Shown here: piece after piece, positions 49,691 through 62,739 of the stretch
How positions within the stretch are numbered: position 1 is the first letter of the stretch
How the letters are laid out: every line of letters starts with the position of its first letter
Origin: Marsupella aquatica
Taxonomy: Eukaryota; Plantae; Marchantiophyta
Assembly: GCA_973895155.1 (NCBI GenBank)
Contig: OZ316896.1
Span: 3,572,738 to 3,636,737 of the forward strand
Direction: 5' to 3'
DNA: 64,000 nt
The notes under the pieces: generated by a model
The model's input: only the letters and a program-made list of their open reading frames with translations
The model's database searches: none
What the model was told of the DNA's origin: nothing
Position numbers and translations under genes: made by a program

Positions 49691-50407
49691 ATGGCCTCGA
49701 CAGTTGCACATCTCCAAGTTCTCCTGATGATCGTGGGTCTGGCAATTGCAGGCCTCGGCAACGCCCCGAAAGGAGTGATAGCGGCTGATTCGGATCCGCT
49801 CCAAGACTTCTGTATTGCGGACCTGACCGCCGCAGGGCCTGCAGTTAACGGTTTCCCATGCCAGGACCCCGCACTCGCCACCACCGAAGACTTCGCATTT
49901 TCGGGGCTAGCGAACGCCGCTAATCTCACTGGCAACCCGATCAATGGCACAGCCACATTCGGCTTTGTTCGAGAATGGCCTGCACTTAACACATTGGGAT
50001 TGGGTCTGGCTCGATTGGACATCAACCCTGGCGGAATCATCATGCCACATACTCATAATTTGGCTACGGAGATCCTGTTCTGTCTAGAGGGAGAGATCTA
50101 CACCGGCTTCGTCACAAATAGCGATAACCCCACAGTCCCCAACAAGCTGTACGCGAAGATCGTCAAAAAGGGGGAGGCATTTATCTTCCCGAGGGGACTC
50201 CTCCACTTCCAGCTGAACAAGGGCACCGTACCAGCAGTCAGCTTGAACGTGCTGAATGGACAGAATCCGGGCATCCAGGTTATGCCGGTGGCGCTGTTTG
50301 GGGTAGGGATCGATCCAGAGCTTCTCGCCAAATCATTCTTCATCGATGAAACTGCGGTGGCCGATTTAGAAAGCATCTTGTCTCAATTCGTCCATACCTT
50401 TGCCTGA
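49691..50407 (+). CDS. Germin-like protein, 238 aa (type B termini, type-A-like core)
   Basis: ATG at 49691 (MASTVAHL...), DSDPLQDFCIAD, GGIIMPHTHNLATEI, GLLHFQLN; TATTTATA at 49549-49556. Confidence 0.95.
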   Translation: MASTVAHLQVLLMIVGLAIAGLGNAPKGVIAADSDPLQDFCIADLTAAGPAVNGFPCQDPALATTEDFAFSGLANAANLTGNPINGTATFGFVREWPALNTLGLGLARLDINPGGIIMPHTHNLATEILFCLEGEIYTGFVTNSDNPTVPNKLYAKIVKKGEAFIFPRGLLHFQLNKGTVPAVSLNVLNGQNPGIQVMPVALFGVGIDPELLAKSFFIDETAVADLESILSQFVHTFA

Positions 50408-50809
50408 GCTGCGATGAATTTTACCAGCGACGCTACGGCACGATTGCAAGAAGCCTTTTCGGTCGTAGGATATGATAATATAAATTAACCCACGCGCGCG
50501 TCTTAAAATCCGTCAGCCCTTCTCTTCGAACGAATTGTCCGCGCTTGAATCTTGTCCACCGTTTGTACCGAATGATGTGCACTCCGGCAGATTAAAACAC
50601 CGATACCTTCTTTGTATTTGATCGACCAGAGCTTCTTATGCCTAATAAATTTTAAAGAGTCAATTTAGAGTGCGTCGTGAGACTGGTTTGGTTGGTGGAT
50701 TACTTGTGAAGTGCTTCAACTTTTGGTCTCTTTTGAATCCGGGTATTGAATGAAGTTGAATGGGGTATGTTTTTCATAATTTGATGATCATTCTGGTTTA
50801 GCTCAATTA

Positions 50810-51943
50810 TGTAACTGAAAATTCAATGTTGGAATGGATTAAAGATATATACTTGCGAGGGTGCTGGACCAGTATTCTACATCTGCTTCCAATTTTACAT
50901 CTCCGCTATATATATACCCTTCTGGTAGGTCAGTTTGCAAATGAATGCCAGCAACCTCAATCACCTCAGTTGTCCACAAGCACTTACAGCATTACTCAGC
51001 GGCTCCGACAATTTCTGCAACTAAGTTGATGATCGATCTGCGTCATTCGAACTCCAGATTTGGGGCCAGCGAAGAAGCTAGCTATGCCGGTTGAGCTGCG
51101 GTCTAATGTTGTCACCCGAATCTAACCTTTTTGGCAACAAGTTTTTGTTGTCAGCTAGCCATTTAACTAGAAAGGCAGCCCAATATAGCTGCCACTCATT
51201 TTCGAACTGAGAGTAGATGCATCTAGTCTAAATTTGATGCTGTCTTCCCTAAGTCACGCTCAAGTTTTCATTGGATTATGATAATCGAACATCATGGTGT
51301 TAAATACGGATATTGGAAGGGGATATGCCCATCTGTTATTTTCAGTGATTGGATGTATCGATTATCATTTTAAATTCTAGTTTGTATAGAAGGGTGTGCA
51401 CAGCCTAGCTAATCCCAGCCATGTTCAGCAGATTAAACGGGTATTTTGGCTTTAGAAAAATCTGTCGTTTATCTGAGCGTCTTTGATTAGGCTGCAGCGA
51501 ATTCAACTCTGAGCAACAGGAAGTGCAGAGAAAGCGACTCTGAACAACAGGAAGTTCTGTATTGAACTGCGAGCTATTCAGCTGTACGTATACCCCAAGA
51601 CAAAGGAAGTGGAGGAGCTCACAAAGCCGCTCCAAGCCGAATAGAGTTCAAACGGCTCGTGAAACGATTGTGACAAGGCTGTAGCCGGCATGCATGATCT
51701 CGTGCATATATGGCCAGCTGCTTTTCACGTTTCCTTCTTGTTTGTGCTCAGGCGGTTGTTGGATACCGAATCCTTCTTAGAGGAATCGACCGGCAGATCT
51801 GGTCTCGTAGGCTTTATTATGGGGCTCTTTCCGTTCTTTCCTCCTAGTGCTTCACGTGTCTTCTCCACTGGATGAATAAAATGCAGAGTATGTGCTTCCC
51901 TTCTTTAGGCCCTGTCATGAGCTTGTGACAGCTCTAGACAACA
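50810..51943. mobile_element. Solo LTR, 1134 bp
   Basis: TGTAA...CAACA termini with 5-bp TSD AATTA (50805-50809, 51944-51948); internal TATATATA (~50907) and AATAAA (~51875); no second LTR or coding region. Confidence 0.7.
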
Positions 51944-54900
51944 AATTACCGGTATCCATTAGGGGGTCTTCAACCTCAAAATTGGATGGACCTTAAACAA
52001 CTCAGTACACTAGTTAAAGTTGCCCACAGCAATAATTATGCACTACCAAATTTATATTATATAACTTTTTGCCATAAAGAAGATTGGTCATATGCGATCC
52101 CATTACCATAAATCAAAGTGTAAGTCACTGTGAAGGTTAGTGAAAAAAAAACACTTCTACATAACCATGTGAAAAAGTTATGGCCAGAAGCCATTGTTTG
52201 AAGCTTTGAGAAGCACTAATTAGGCTTCCAAGCACAATGGTCACCATGTCAAGAGGGGAATGTGGCAGCTCTGCAGGGTGAAACACTCAGGCACCTCTGA
52301 AGCTTTGAGACTCCCTGATTAGGATCTTAGAGAGTTGCTTCCAAGGGCAGTGGGTCACCAAGAGGGGAATGGGCAGCTTTGCAGGGTGAAACCGAGAGTT
52401 TCACCTTGGAGCAAACAGTAGAAGCACGGCATGCAATCTATGGCCTGACCTGGCAGTAATTTGGTAATCCTATATGAAAAATAGCAGACAGCCTTAAAGT
52501 TTTCGTATTGTTGGGGCTATCATAAGTATAATTTGTAAAGAGATAACTTGTATTGAGTCTCATAGATTCCCATGGAAGACTGCAAAGCTGACTGGGACTC
52601 CAACAAAGTAGTAAAGGCCAGTTACCAGACTTGCTGTTTGGGCATTTAGACATGCCCTGGTCACATATCTCACAGGCGCACCAAAATTCAGGTTTGGTTT
52701 CAAACCCAAGCCTGCACAACTCAAATCAGAGAAAGAAACTTTCAATGAATGTTGGTACAAAAAGTAGATAATCAAATTTTTGATTTTGCACGCACTTATT
52801 TTTAACAGTGGTGGACCTCCCACAAAGCACCCTTAATTGTCAAGCTCAATCCTCTCTCTTGCGGCCTGCTCAACCTTGCCACTATTCTTGAATAAGCTAA
52901 GCTCCTGTGATCCCATTCACTGAGGGCAACAACTCCCATGTCTAAAGCCTCACTTCTGCCAGCAACGCTAATAGTCATGGACTCAATATTCTCACTCAAT
53001 AATGACATGCACATACATATAGATCCCCAAGGTAAATACTCCATTTAACCAGGCCCGTGACCGAAGGGGTACGTCGGTCACAAAGGCTGAACGATTACAC
53101 GACTACTAGGTGTGTTAAACCAAGTTAAACTCAGGGTGTAAGATGGCCACCAACCCTGCCCAAGCCATAATCACCCTACCCACGCTAGACTGATGTTTCT
53201 TGGTTGCCCGTGGTTTGCAGGGCCTGCCCAAGGCCCATTGACTTTGCCCTTGCTGCAGGTCACGGCCTCCCTTCCCATACTCAGTGCCTCCCTTCCCACA
53301 CTTAGCGCCTCCCTCTCAATCCAAGTAGCTCGGAGGCCATTGCCCGCCTCCTGAAACCTTGTGGCTATCCTTGGTGGTTATATTCTTCTGCGGATGAAAC
53401 CCATGTTTCAAACACGATTGACGGCATTTTCCAATTATTCTTGAAAAAATGAGAGTTATCTAGAATTGAGTTCAAGAGAGTGTTGCATCATGGAAAAGAA
53501 TCCCTTTGTCTTCAACAACTTGTCTCGCAACTTGTTTGTGGTTCACTTGACTTTGGGGCCAAAATTGACTGATTAGAGAGTAACGCCAAGTGAACTCACA
53601 TCTGATAAAACTTGAAGCTTTCACCCCACTTTATTGTATTTTGTGATCTTTCAATCTTATATGAAATCTGACCACTCGGCATATAAGCACTGTAATATTT
53701 GTTTCACAACCATTTAAACAATTAGCAAATAAGGATGTACGCATGGATTACATTCTTGAAGGTACTATGTACCAACTATGTACCAAAACTGCTGTAACTT
53801 GCCTATGCAGAAGCTAATACATGCTTAAGTTATAAGATTTTGGAAACTCTACAACAATAGAGTGAAGATGAACACAATTAATGTCCTCAATAGGTTAATT
53901 TTATTTTATTTTATTGTACAATATCTAGAAGTTAGCAACTCCATTTTGAGCCCCAGCCCTATCAGGTCCCACTTGGTAGTTTTGACCAGCATAACATAAC
54001 TTTGGGCATGATTCAAATGATGTAGACATGCACTTTTGGGTCTTCTCTCATGAAGGTTTTTGGATGGCTTTATTTGTGCAAAAACTGATAAATGTCAAAA
54101 AAGTGAAATTTGCTGTGGATGAGTCTTGCCAAAAAAACAATACAAAGTACTTTGTGAAGACTGTACCTTGCGAAGAAAACTTTTGAAGACATTTTTGGGC
54201 CCCCATCACAAAAGCTGAACATAGTTCAGCCCAATATCCTAGTTAGGTCCTAATTAATATCACACCTAACCTAAGTAAAAGTACACCCAACCCATTGTCC
54301 TATAATAATTCAAAAAAAATCTAGATTTGTGTTTATAAATGCGTGAGAAGTTTAGAAAAAGAAAACAAGAATACACTTTTCCTTGGAATTTTGCGATAAG
54401 AAATCATTATAATAACTTTAAGTTATAACAATAATATTGATTTCATAACAATAATATAATAACTCCGGTTGAAAATAACTTGTGCAAAGAAATCAATATA
54501 ATATCTCAATGTTTAAAAAAATACATTTCCTTTACCCTTTTCTATCCCTCCCCTTAAGGTAACCTTTTTACTCCATCCTGACCAAAGAATACAAATGTCT
54601 TTTTTTTTGTCTTTTCATTCCTTCCCTCCTTTAAGATACTCTTAATCCTCTATAGTCCACTCTTAAACAAAGAAAATAATCTAAAGGCAATCATCCATGT
54701 GTTCCATGTCCATCCTTTCTCCTAAACAGACAGATGAAGAAGAAATAGAAACACAAATAGTCCTCTCCTTTTTATTCCTCTTAGCCCCTTCAAACGAGTA
54801 GTCCCTCTTCCATATGAAGAATGAAATTTCTTAATTTCTTAACAATTAGTCCTCCCCTCTTATTTAGCCCTTTCAAAAGAGTCGTCCCTCTTTTGGGTGA

Positions 54901-55094
54901 CCCATTTCATTCAAAGGAAAAGAATAAAAAAGAATAAAATTAAAACAAGAATAAAACAAAGACATGGAATGCTCCCACACAAAAAGGTCCCTTAAAAAGA
55001 GTCCCCTCTTATTCAGCCCCTTGGAAAGAGTGTACTAGGTGACCCCATGTCACCCAAAGAAAAAAGAAATTAAAACAAAAAACAAACAAACACA

Positions 55095-58000
55095 TGTTGG
55101 AGTTTGAGTCAGAATGATCATGTGTATAGTCGTGAATAGAAGTACATATAGTGGGACCAGGGTGACCGGCTGATCCGGTCGTCCGGTCAAGGTAGAGTCT
55201 AACACTCCCCTTTGGATATATAGTGACAACTATATAGACAACATAGACTATACCTATTATATCATGTTCATAGAAAATACATGATATAAGTACAAGCGAG
55301 GTAGACTGCCTCATTAAAAAACCTTTATCAACTCTAGCTTAGTAAAAACTCTACTAGTGTAGCAGAGAAAAAATATGAGTGCTAAAGGAAAAAGAGTGTA
55401 GCCTAAGAGTCCTCGTCGTAATAAATGTCAATATAAAATAAAGTTAGATGTTATCGTAAAGTTAAGTTTAACATTTGTCTCAACAATGGGTCGTCAACAG
55501 CATATCATCAGCATCATGTCGTCAGCATCATCAAGTATCATGTGGAGTAGTAGTCTCCACGGTCATCATGCGTCGCACGCTCCGCAGTCCAATCGCCTGG
55601 CAGTGTCGGTGATGAACTGATGGTGGTAGTGATTTGGTGAAGAGATCTGCACAGTTGTCTGTACTTGAAATCTCTCGTGAAATCTGCAAAATGTTGATCT
55701 CTTTTCCATGTAACTCGTGGGTGTAGAAAAACTTTGGAGCTATATGCTTCACGCGATCGCCTTTGATGAATCCTTTTGTGATCTGCTGTATACATGCTGC
55801 GTTATCCTCAAAAATGTTAGTAGGCTTCGTTAGTGGTGGTAGGCCGCATTTGGTGTTGATATGGTTTATAAAGGATCGTAGCCAAACGGCTTCACAACTA
55901 GCCTCATGTAGAGCTAAGATTTCTGAGTGGTTCGATGAGGTTGCTGTTAGGGTCTGTTTCACGCTTTTCCAAGAAAAAGCGGTACCCCCTATGGTAAAGA
56001 CATATCCAGTTTGGGATTTTGCGGTATCAGTGTGGGAAAGATATCCGGCATCCGCGTATCCGATGAGTTCGTGGTTTGCACCGAATGGGTAAAATAATCC
56101 TGTATCGGTGGTGCCACGGAGATACCTAAATACGTGCTTAACTCCGTTCCAGTGTCTGGCTGTGGGAGTTGCACTATGTCTGGCTAGTAAGTTAACTGCA
56201 AATGCAATATCTGGTCGTGTCTGATTTGCTAGATACATTAATGCTCCTATCGCAGAAAGGTATGGGGTTTCTGGTCCTAATATTGGTTCGTGCTCTTCGC
56301 GTTTGCGAAAAACATCAGTATTGTTTTCTAATGAACGTACAACCATTGGTGATGTCAATGGGTGTGCTAGGTTCATATTGAACTGTTTTAGGATCTTTTT
56401 AGTTTGTGTTGTTTGATGGAGTATCATGCCAGTGGGTAGGATCTCTAGTTGTAAGCCTAAGCAAAAGTTTGTATGTCCAAGGTCTTTCATCTCAAATGTG
56501 GATTTAAGATTAGTGATAGTATCTTCTGTAATTTGGGGTGTCCCAAATATATTTAAGTCATCAACATAAATAGAAACGATGACATATTCATCATTCACAT
56601 GTTTAATAAATAAACATGGTGTAATGGCATCATGGGAAAAACCCATGGCAATCATTTCATCAGTAAATCTTTGATACCATACTCTGCCACTTTGTTTCAG
56701 GCCATATAATGCCTTCAACACACAGATAGCTAGTCCGCGGTGAGTATTCCGTACGGTTGACACAACGGTGTCATTTTTATGAGTAGATGACACATAAGGT
56801 GTAACTTGAGATAATTGTGTTATAATCTTATCTAAATATGGGATATGCGATTTAGCGCCTTGAGCTAGGGCTCGGCGATGTTGCTCCAACTCGGGAGGTG
56901 ATCGCATGTATAGACAAGTGTCTAAAGTTCCATATAAATATGCAATTGCAACATCTAGTTGTCGCATCTGTAGTTGGTGGAAAATGGTAAATCCGATAAG
57001 GTATCGGAATGTTGTGCTATCCATAACCGGTGAGTAGGTTTCATCGTAATGAATTCCCGGTTGTTGGGTAAATTCTTTCCCTACCAGACGTGCTTTGTAG
57101 CGTACAACTTGGCCTTTATCATTTCTTTTGCGGACGAATGTCCACTTGTAGCCAATGCGGTGTACGTCTTGTGGTGTTGGCTTGACTAGGCCAAAAGTGT
57201 GTCTGCTTAGTAGGGAATCTAATTCTCCATTGATAGTTTTCTGCCATTCAGGCCAATCTGGTCTGTTTTGGCATTCTAAGATAGATATTGGTTCGGGTGT
57301 ATCATCAGTGATATGTGTTGCCACCATTAATGCAAAAGCATCATCTATTGAAGTAGTATTTCTATCCCACATTGTACCGGTGTGTGCGTAGTGGATAGAG
57401 ATCTCTTCATGAGATGTAGGTTCGGTATGATCGACATCAGGTGAAGGTGGTATAGATGAACCACGCCTTCTTGGTTGTTTATCCTTTGATCCTTGGGTCT
57501 GCCACGTTTGGCACGTGGCTGGGATGTGTTTGCTGGCTCACTTGATAATTCAATGCGAGCAGATGCTCTCGCAGCTGGAATATGTGAGCGGGTAACTTGT
57601 GATGTATTGACAAAAGCGTCTGGAAGTTCTTCCACAATCTTGTGGAGTTGCAAAATTCGCTGAACTTATTTCTCCCCTTGATTGGTTCTAAGGTCTTGCC
57701 AAAATGATGAATGTCTTTCCCACTCCAAAGGTGGTTGTGGGTGTTTAGGGGTTATTAATGATGGATAAACGTGTTCATCAAAATGGCAATCTAGGAATCT
57801 AGATTTAAAAACATCGCCAGTTGTAGGTTCCATATATCGGATTATGGACGGTGAGTCGAATCCGATGTATATCCCCAACTGTCGTTGGGGTCCCACTTGG
57901 TTCGTTTGGGTGGAGTAATGGGGACCATTACTTGACATCCAAATGAACGAAGGTGTGATAGGTCAGGTTTAATACCATTAGCAATTTGGTATGGGCTATA

Positions 58001-61000
58001 GGTATTAAAAGCTGATGGGCGGTATTGGATTGATGCATTGGCCTATAATATGGCGTGTCCCCATGCTGAGACAGGGAGTTTTGACTGCATTAGTAATGGG
58101 CGTGGAATTAACTGAAGGCGTTTAATGACCGCTTCAGCTAATCCGTTCTGAAAATGCACATGAGGTACAGGATATTGTACGTCGATGCCAAGTGATGTGC
58201 AAAAGTCATCAAATGTTTCGGATGTGAATTCCCCTGCATTGTCCACCCTTAATGTCTTTATGGGGTGATCTGGGAATTGTGCCTTCACGCGCAAGATTTG
58301 CGCCAAAATGCGAGGCATAACCATGTTCCTCGTTGAAAGCAGTGTCACATTTGACCATTTAGTTGATGCGTCGATTAATACCATAAAGTAGCGGAAAGGT
58401 CCGCTCGGAGGGTTAATTGGCCCGCAAACATCTGCATGGATGATTTCCAAAAATTGGGGTATTTTAGTTGGTAATTTTGATGCCGTGGGCCTTGTTATTA
58501 ACTTGCCGCGTGAGCATGCAGTGCATGGGGTGTTCACTGGGATGTGGCGTGTATTGATTGGAATGCCACTTGAATTCTTAATGATTTTTATTAGCATTGA
58601 TTGGCCGGGGTGGCCGAGGCGTGCATGCCATAGCGCATGCAATTCGCTTGTGTTGGCATTGTTATGCTGACATTCAATATGAGTTACATAAAACCCGCAA
58701 GGATACGAGAAAAGTGTCTCTTTAATTATTTTCCCCGTAGGGGTATTTTCAACCAAGTGAATGACCTCTTGGTCTCTGGTATCGCCAGTTTGGACATGTA
58801 GCCCATTTGCTCGTATATCTCTAAAGCTGAGGAGATTACGAGTTGCGTTTGGGGCAAAAATGGCAGTTTCTATGTGTATTTCGGTACCCTGCGGGAGTCT
58901 AATAGAAGCTGGGCCGAAGCCCTCTTCTATTTGACTAGGACCATTTATAGTGGTCAGGGACCTACGTGATGGTGTAATCATGTGAAAAAGGTGTTTATCC
59001 CGGAGGATAGTATGTGTCGTGGCACTGTCAATGATACATGTGCTTAGACTATTTAAGTCTGGTGTAGTGGAGCTACTGGCCACTAAGTGTGCCTCGGGTT
59101 GGGCGGGTAGGTCTGAGAAGTCTTGGAATGGGTCACTAGACTCCATAAATGCCCCGTGGGTTTCACGGGGTGGTGGCCTTGAGGTTTGTCCATCTTGGAT
59201 GGACCGCTGATATAAATCTCTAAGGTGTTGCGGGATTCTACAGTTTCTCGCAAGGTGGTTTGTCATGCCACATTCATGGCATTTCGGTCGTTCCCGTTGT
59301 TGTCGGGATTGTGACTGATCATTCCTACGGTTGTTGTTATATGGTCTACCACCATCGCGTCCTCCGCGTCCGCCACGTCTGCCACGTCCGCCACGTCTGC
59401 CATGTCCGCCTCGTCCTCCTCGTCCATCTCGTCCGCCACGTCCTCCACGTCCTCTAAAGGTCCGTTGGGAGATATATTGTGGACGTTGGTTATAGAAACT
59501 CCCCCTGTTGTGGGTGTTTCTCCAGTTGCTATTCTTAGTGCATTTAATGCCTTGCCTCGATGTGGAGGGTTCATCATTTTCTATGTTGTGGGTTTCATTC
59601 TCTTGTCCTGAGGGCAATGTGCCTGCAGGGCGTTTTCTTGAGTTTACCAAAAGAAGCTCTTGGTTTCTTTCGGTGACTAGGAGGTGGGCTATGAGCTCGG
59701 AGTATTGCCCGAACTTCATGTTTCGATACTGTGTTGATAGCCACACATCGATGAATGAAATGTCGACAAGGTCTTCTCTAGCAGATCCTTGTCCGTAACT
59801 GGCTCGCCACATAGTGCGAGGGTTGAGGTTATTCTAAAGAGTTCACTATTGTAGGCTGATATCGAGGTAAAGTCCTGGACTCGCAGGTTTAGCTAGCCTT
59901 GCCTGGCTCTAGGTAATTCGACCAGTTTTTGGTGGTCGAATCGGGTTTGGAGCGCTGTCCATAGTTCACGAGGGGTTGAGAGGTGCATGTATTGTCTTTG
60001 CAGGAATCTATGGATATGGCGTCTAAGGAATACTAGGGCTTTTGATTCGTTGGCTTTAGTTAATGGGTCTGGTTGTGGTTCGCCGACAAGGATGGGTTGA
60101 GCAAGCCCTATCGCAGGGAGTAGGGTTAGCAAGATTAGGTTTTCTCTTAGGTTCATGGACCATTCTAGATAGTTGCCGCCATCTATTTCTAGGGCGGGGA
60201 AGTTGAGTTTCTCAAGGTTGGTCATCTCTAAGGTCCTGGCATGCAGCGGTGGTGTGCGAGTTTATATATAATATATATAGTCAAAAGACAATGCACATTT
60301 GCCGCATGCAATGGTGGAGAAAGGGTTGAGGAGATCAATCTAGGTCACTGGCGAGTAAAGCAGGAATGTTTGGGTTTTTGCAGAATTTAGGGTTTGCACT
60401 TATTAAGTTGGTTTTCTTTGTGAATGTGTAACTGCAAGGTTTCCTTTGTATTATCTTTTTCCTTTGTTAAGCTGTGCAGTAATGAGGTTTTGCAGTTTGT
60501 GCAGTTATTGGTGGTAATTTACTCGTGACTTGGTTAAGTGCACTTTCTGCTTTGTAAATGAAGTCTCTTTGATGAACATTGCAATAAAGAGGGTTTTGCG
60601 GTTATGTGCGGTTATGGAGCGTGCACTTAGCATTTTTTTATCGGACTCGACATTTCCTCGATGTTTGGTGGTCTGATGTTGCGCTTTCCTGGTGTGCCTC
60701 CTTGCGCGACCTTCAGGTGTGGTTTCCACCCGGGGTCTCTATTCTCAGTTGCTTCAACTTGTGACTCTCTTCTTTTGGGCTTCTTTTTCCAATCTCTTAT
60801 CGATTAATTAATTCTCCTCTCGATTGCTCGTTTCGCCATGTCTATTTGTCATGTCTTGCGCTCCGCTGGTTGGGATCTCAGTTGATCCTCCGTTGGCGTC
60901 TTTCATTCATCCTCGAATACATCTGGTCTTACACTCCAGATCCTGGGTAGCTCATGCTCTCTTAAATGCTGTAGTACTCGCTCGCTCTTAATCTTCCTTC

Positions 61001-61735
61001 CGTTTTTCAAAAGGTCCTGCTTCTTTGTTAGCGACGCGCGGTATCGCTCGCTCCTTGTAAATCGTAGGACAAATTTAAGAACGTGGATCTTTGCTTTTCT
61101 CAAGTGGCTCCTTCATAACCCTCTTCCCTCAGAAGTCTTGCGAATCGCAAGGCACTGGCAATTAAAAGCAACGATTGCCTTCAAAGGTGCAGAGCGTAGT
61201 GCCGCCTGCGTCCTTATCTTATCAATTCGCCATAGCTGAGGTAATCATTCAATCTGCTATTCGTTTGTTCTTCTTGCGCTCCTCCTTTCTTCGATTTGCG
61301 CAGTGTCCTTATCTACTTCGCGGTGATTGAATCTCACTTGGCCAGCCTTCGTCAACCTCTCGGACTTCGTAGTAGTTTTCTTCGCCTTCTGTTTGCGATG
61401 TCCTTAGCGCATCGGGCTGCCTTTCTTTCCCTTTTTTTTTCGTTCGTTTCTGCTCGCGGTCCTTTTCTTGATTTTCTCTTTCGGTTCCTGCAATCCTTAT
61501 CGATCAAATCGCAAGGCACAGGCTCTCGAAAGTAACGGTGGATTTCCCTTGCTCTTGTCTCTTTCCCTTTACTTCTCGATCCTCTCTGTGCGCTCTCCGC
61601 TCGTTAAGCTTTCATGCTGATAACGTGTTGGAGTTTGAGTCAGAATGATCATGTGTATAGTCGTGAATAGAAGTACATATAGTGGGACCAGGGTGACCGG
61701 CTGATCCGGTCGTCCGGTCAAGGTAGAGTCTAACA
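55095..61735 (-). mobile_element. Ty1/copia LTR retrotransposon, Bianca lineage (element C)
   Basis: Identical 110-bp LTRs 55095-55204 and 61626-61735; TSD ACACA; PBS CGTTATCAGCA directly abutting the LTR (Bianca-type); PPT AAGGGGGAG; Bianca-like integrase (DVCGPINPPSGPFRYFMVLIDAST, RVDNAGEFTS). Confidence 0.95.
55531..60225 (-). pseudogene. Disrupted gag-pol of Bianca element C
   Basis: GGNYLEWS (gag), CHECGMTNHLARNC, IIDSATTH (protease), integrase, IYVDDL (RT), ADLFTKSL (RNase H); stops at 59893, 58043 and 57666 plus several frameshifts. Confidence 0.92.
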
Positions 61736-62739
61736 ACACATTGAAAGTTGGAGAGAATAAAGTATGAGGGAGCCGATGATGATTGGTGCCATTGATGATA
61801 GTATACAATAACAGGGGCATTGATAATAGTATACTTCATACTTCTATAGTGTATGTTGTATTTTGGAAAATAGTATGTGCAGAAACGTATGCGCAGAAAC
61901 ATATGCACATAAATGTATGCGCAGAATAAAAGTTTAGCCTCAGTTTTGGGCCCCCACCACAAAGCTGAACTTTAGTTCAGCCAATTAACTTGAAAGTTGC
62001 TCAACAATTGTTGGTAAAGTGGAACCACCCATACTATGTTTTTCACATTAAAAACTCCAAAAAGAGAGGGGGGAACAAAGCCGCCAACAGCAAGCAAGAG
62101 GGCAAAAACCACCCAAGCCAACTCTAAGAACCTGGGGAACAAGGGCACCAAAGAGCAACCAAGCAAGCAATGAGTGTGCACATAGCATCCACCCCAAGGA
62201 AAATAAGGGGAAACTCTAATCAAGCCATGAGTGCCAACAGATCCACCAGTGCATATATGCAGAGCTTATGGTGTCAACCCCAAAACCCAAAACAAAGTCT
62301 CTTTCAATCCAAATCAGATAGATAAAGATCCAATTGCTCCATCTAGTGCTAAGCACCTACGCATGCCTTGGCTGCCATTACCTGTCTCACACTTTCTCCA
62401 ATCTTTTGGCAACACTCTTTTGTGAAACAACCTCTTTTATGTAATGTCTTTTACTACCTACAGTCAAACTGAAGCGCCTGCTAGAGTTTTGTGGTGTTTG
62501 ACTAGAGGCCTGCCCTAAGACCCCTAGCAAAGACTGTGAATGCTTGTGCCAAGACACTTTAGTAACTTACAAGTTTTAGTGGCTCTAAGCCACTCTAAGG
62601 TGGACAAGCTAGCCCTTGAGATGGCTGTTGGCCTCCGGCTCCGGCCCATCAGTAGTGAACCCCAGGCTGCTTCTTCTTCTCTGCCTTGGAAGCCAAAAGT
62701 AGACCCATCCAACAGAGGATAGACTCAGGGATAGGTCTT

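Noticed and set aside
51950-54190. Repeat-like region with duplicated aagaggggaatg..gcagggtgaaac and short ORFs
   Set aside because: Probably TE-derived, but no termini, TSD or protein motif could be established.
59263-59577. Acidic DVADVAD ORF
   Set aside because: Alternative frame of the RGG-coding 9-bp repeat in Bianca gag.
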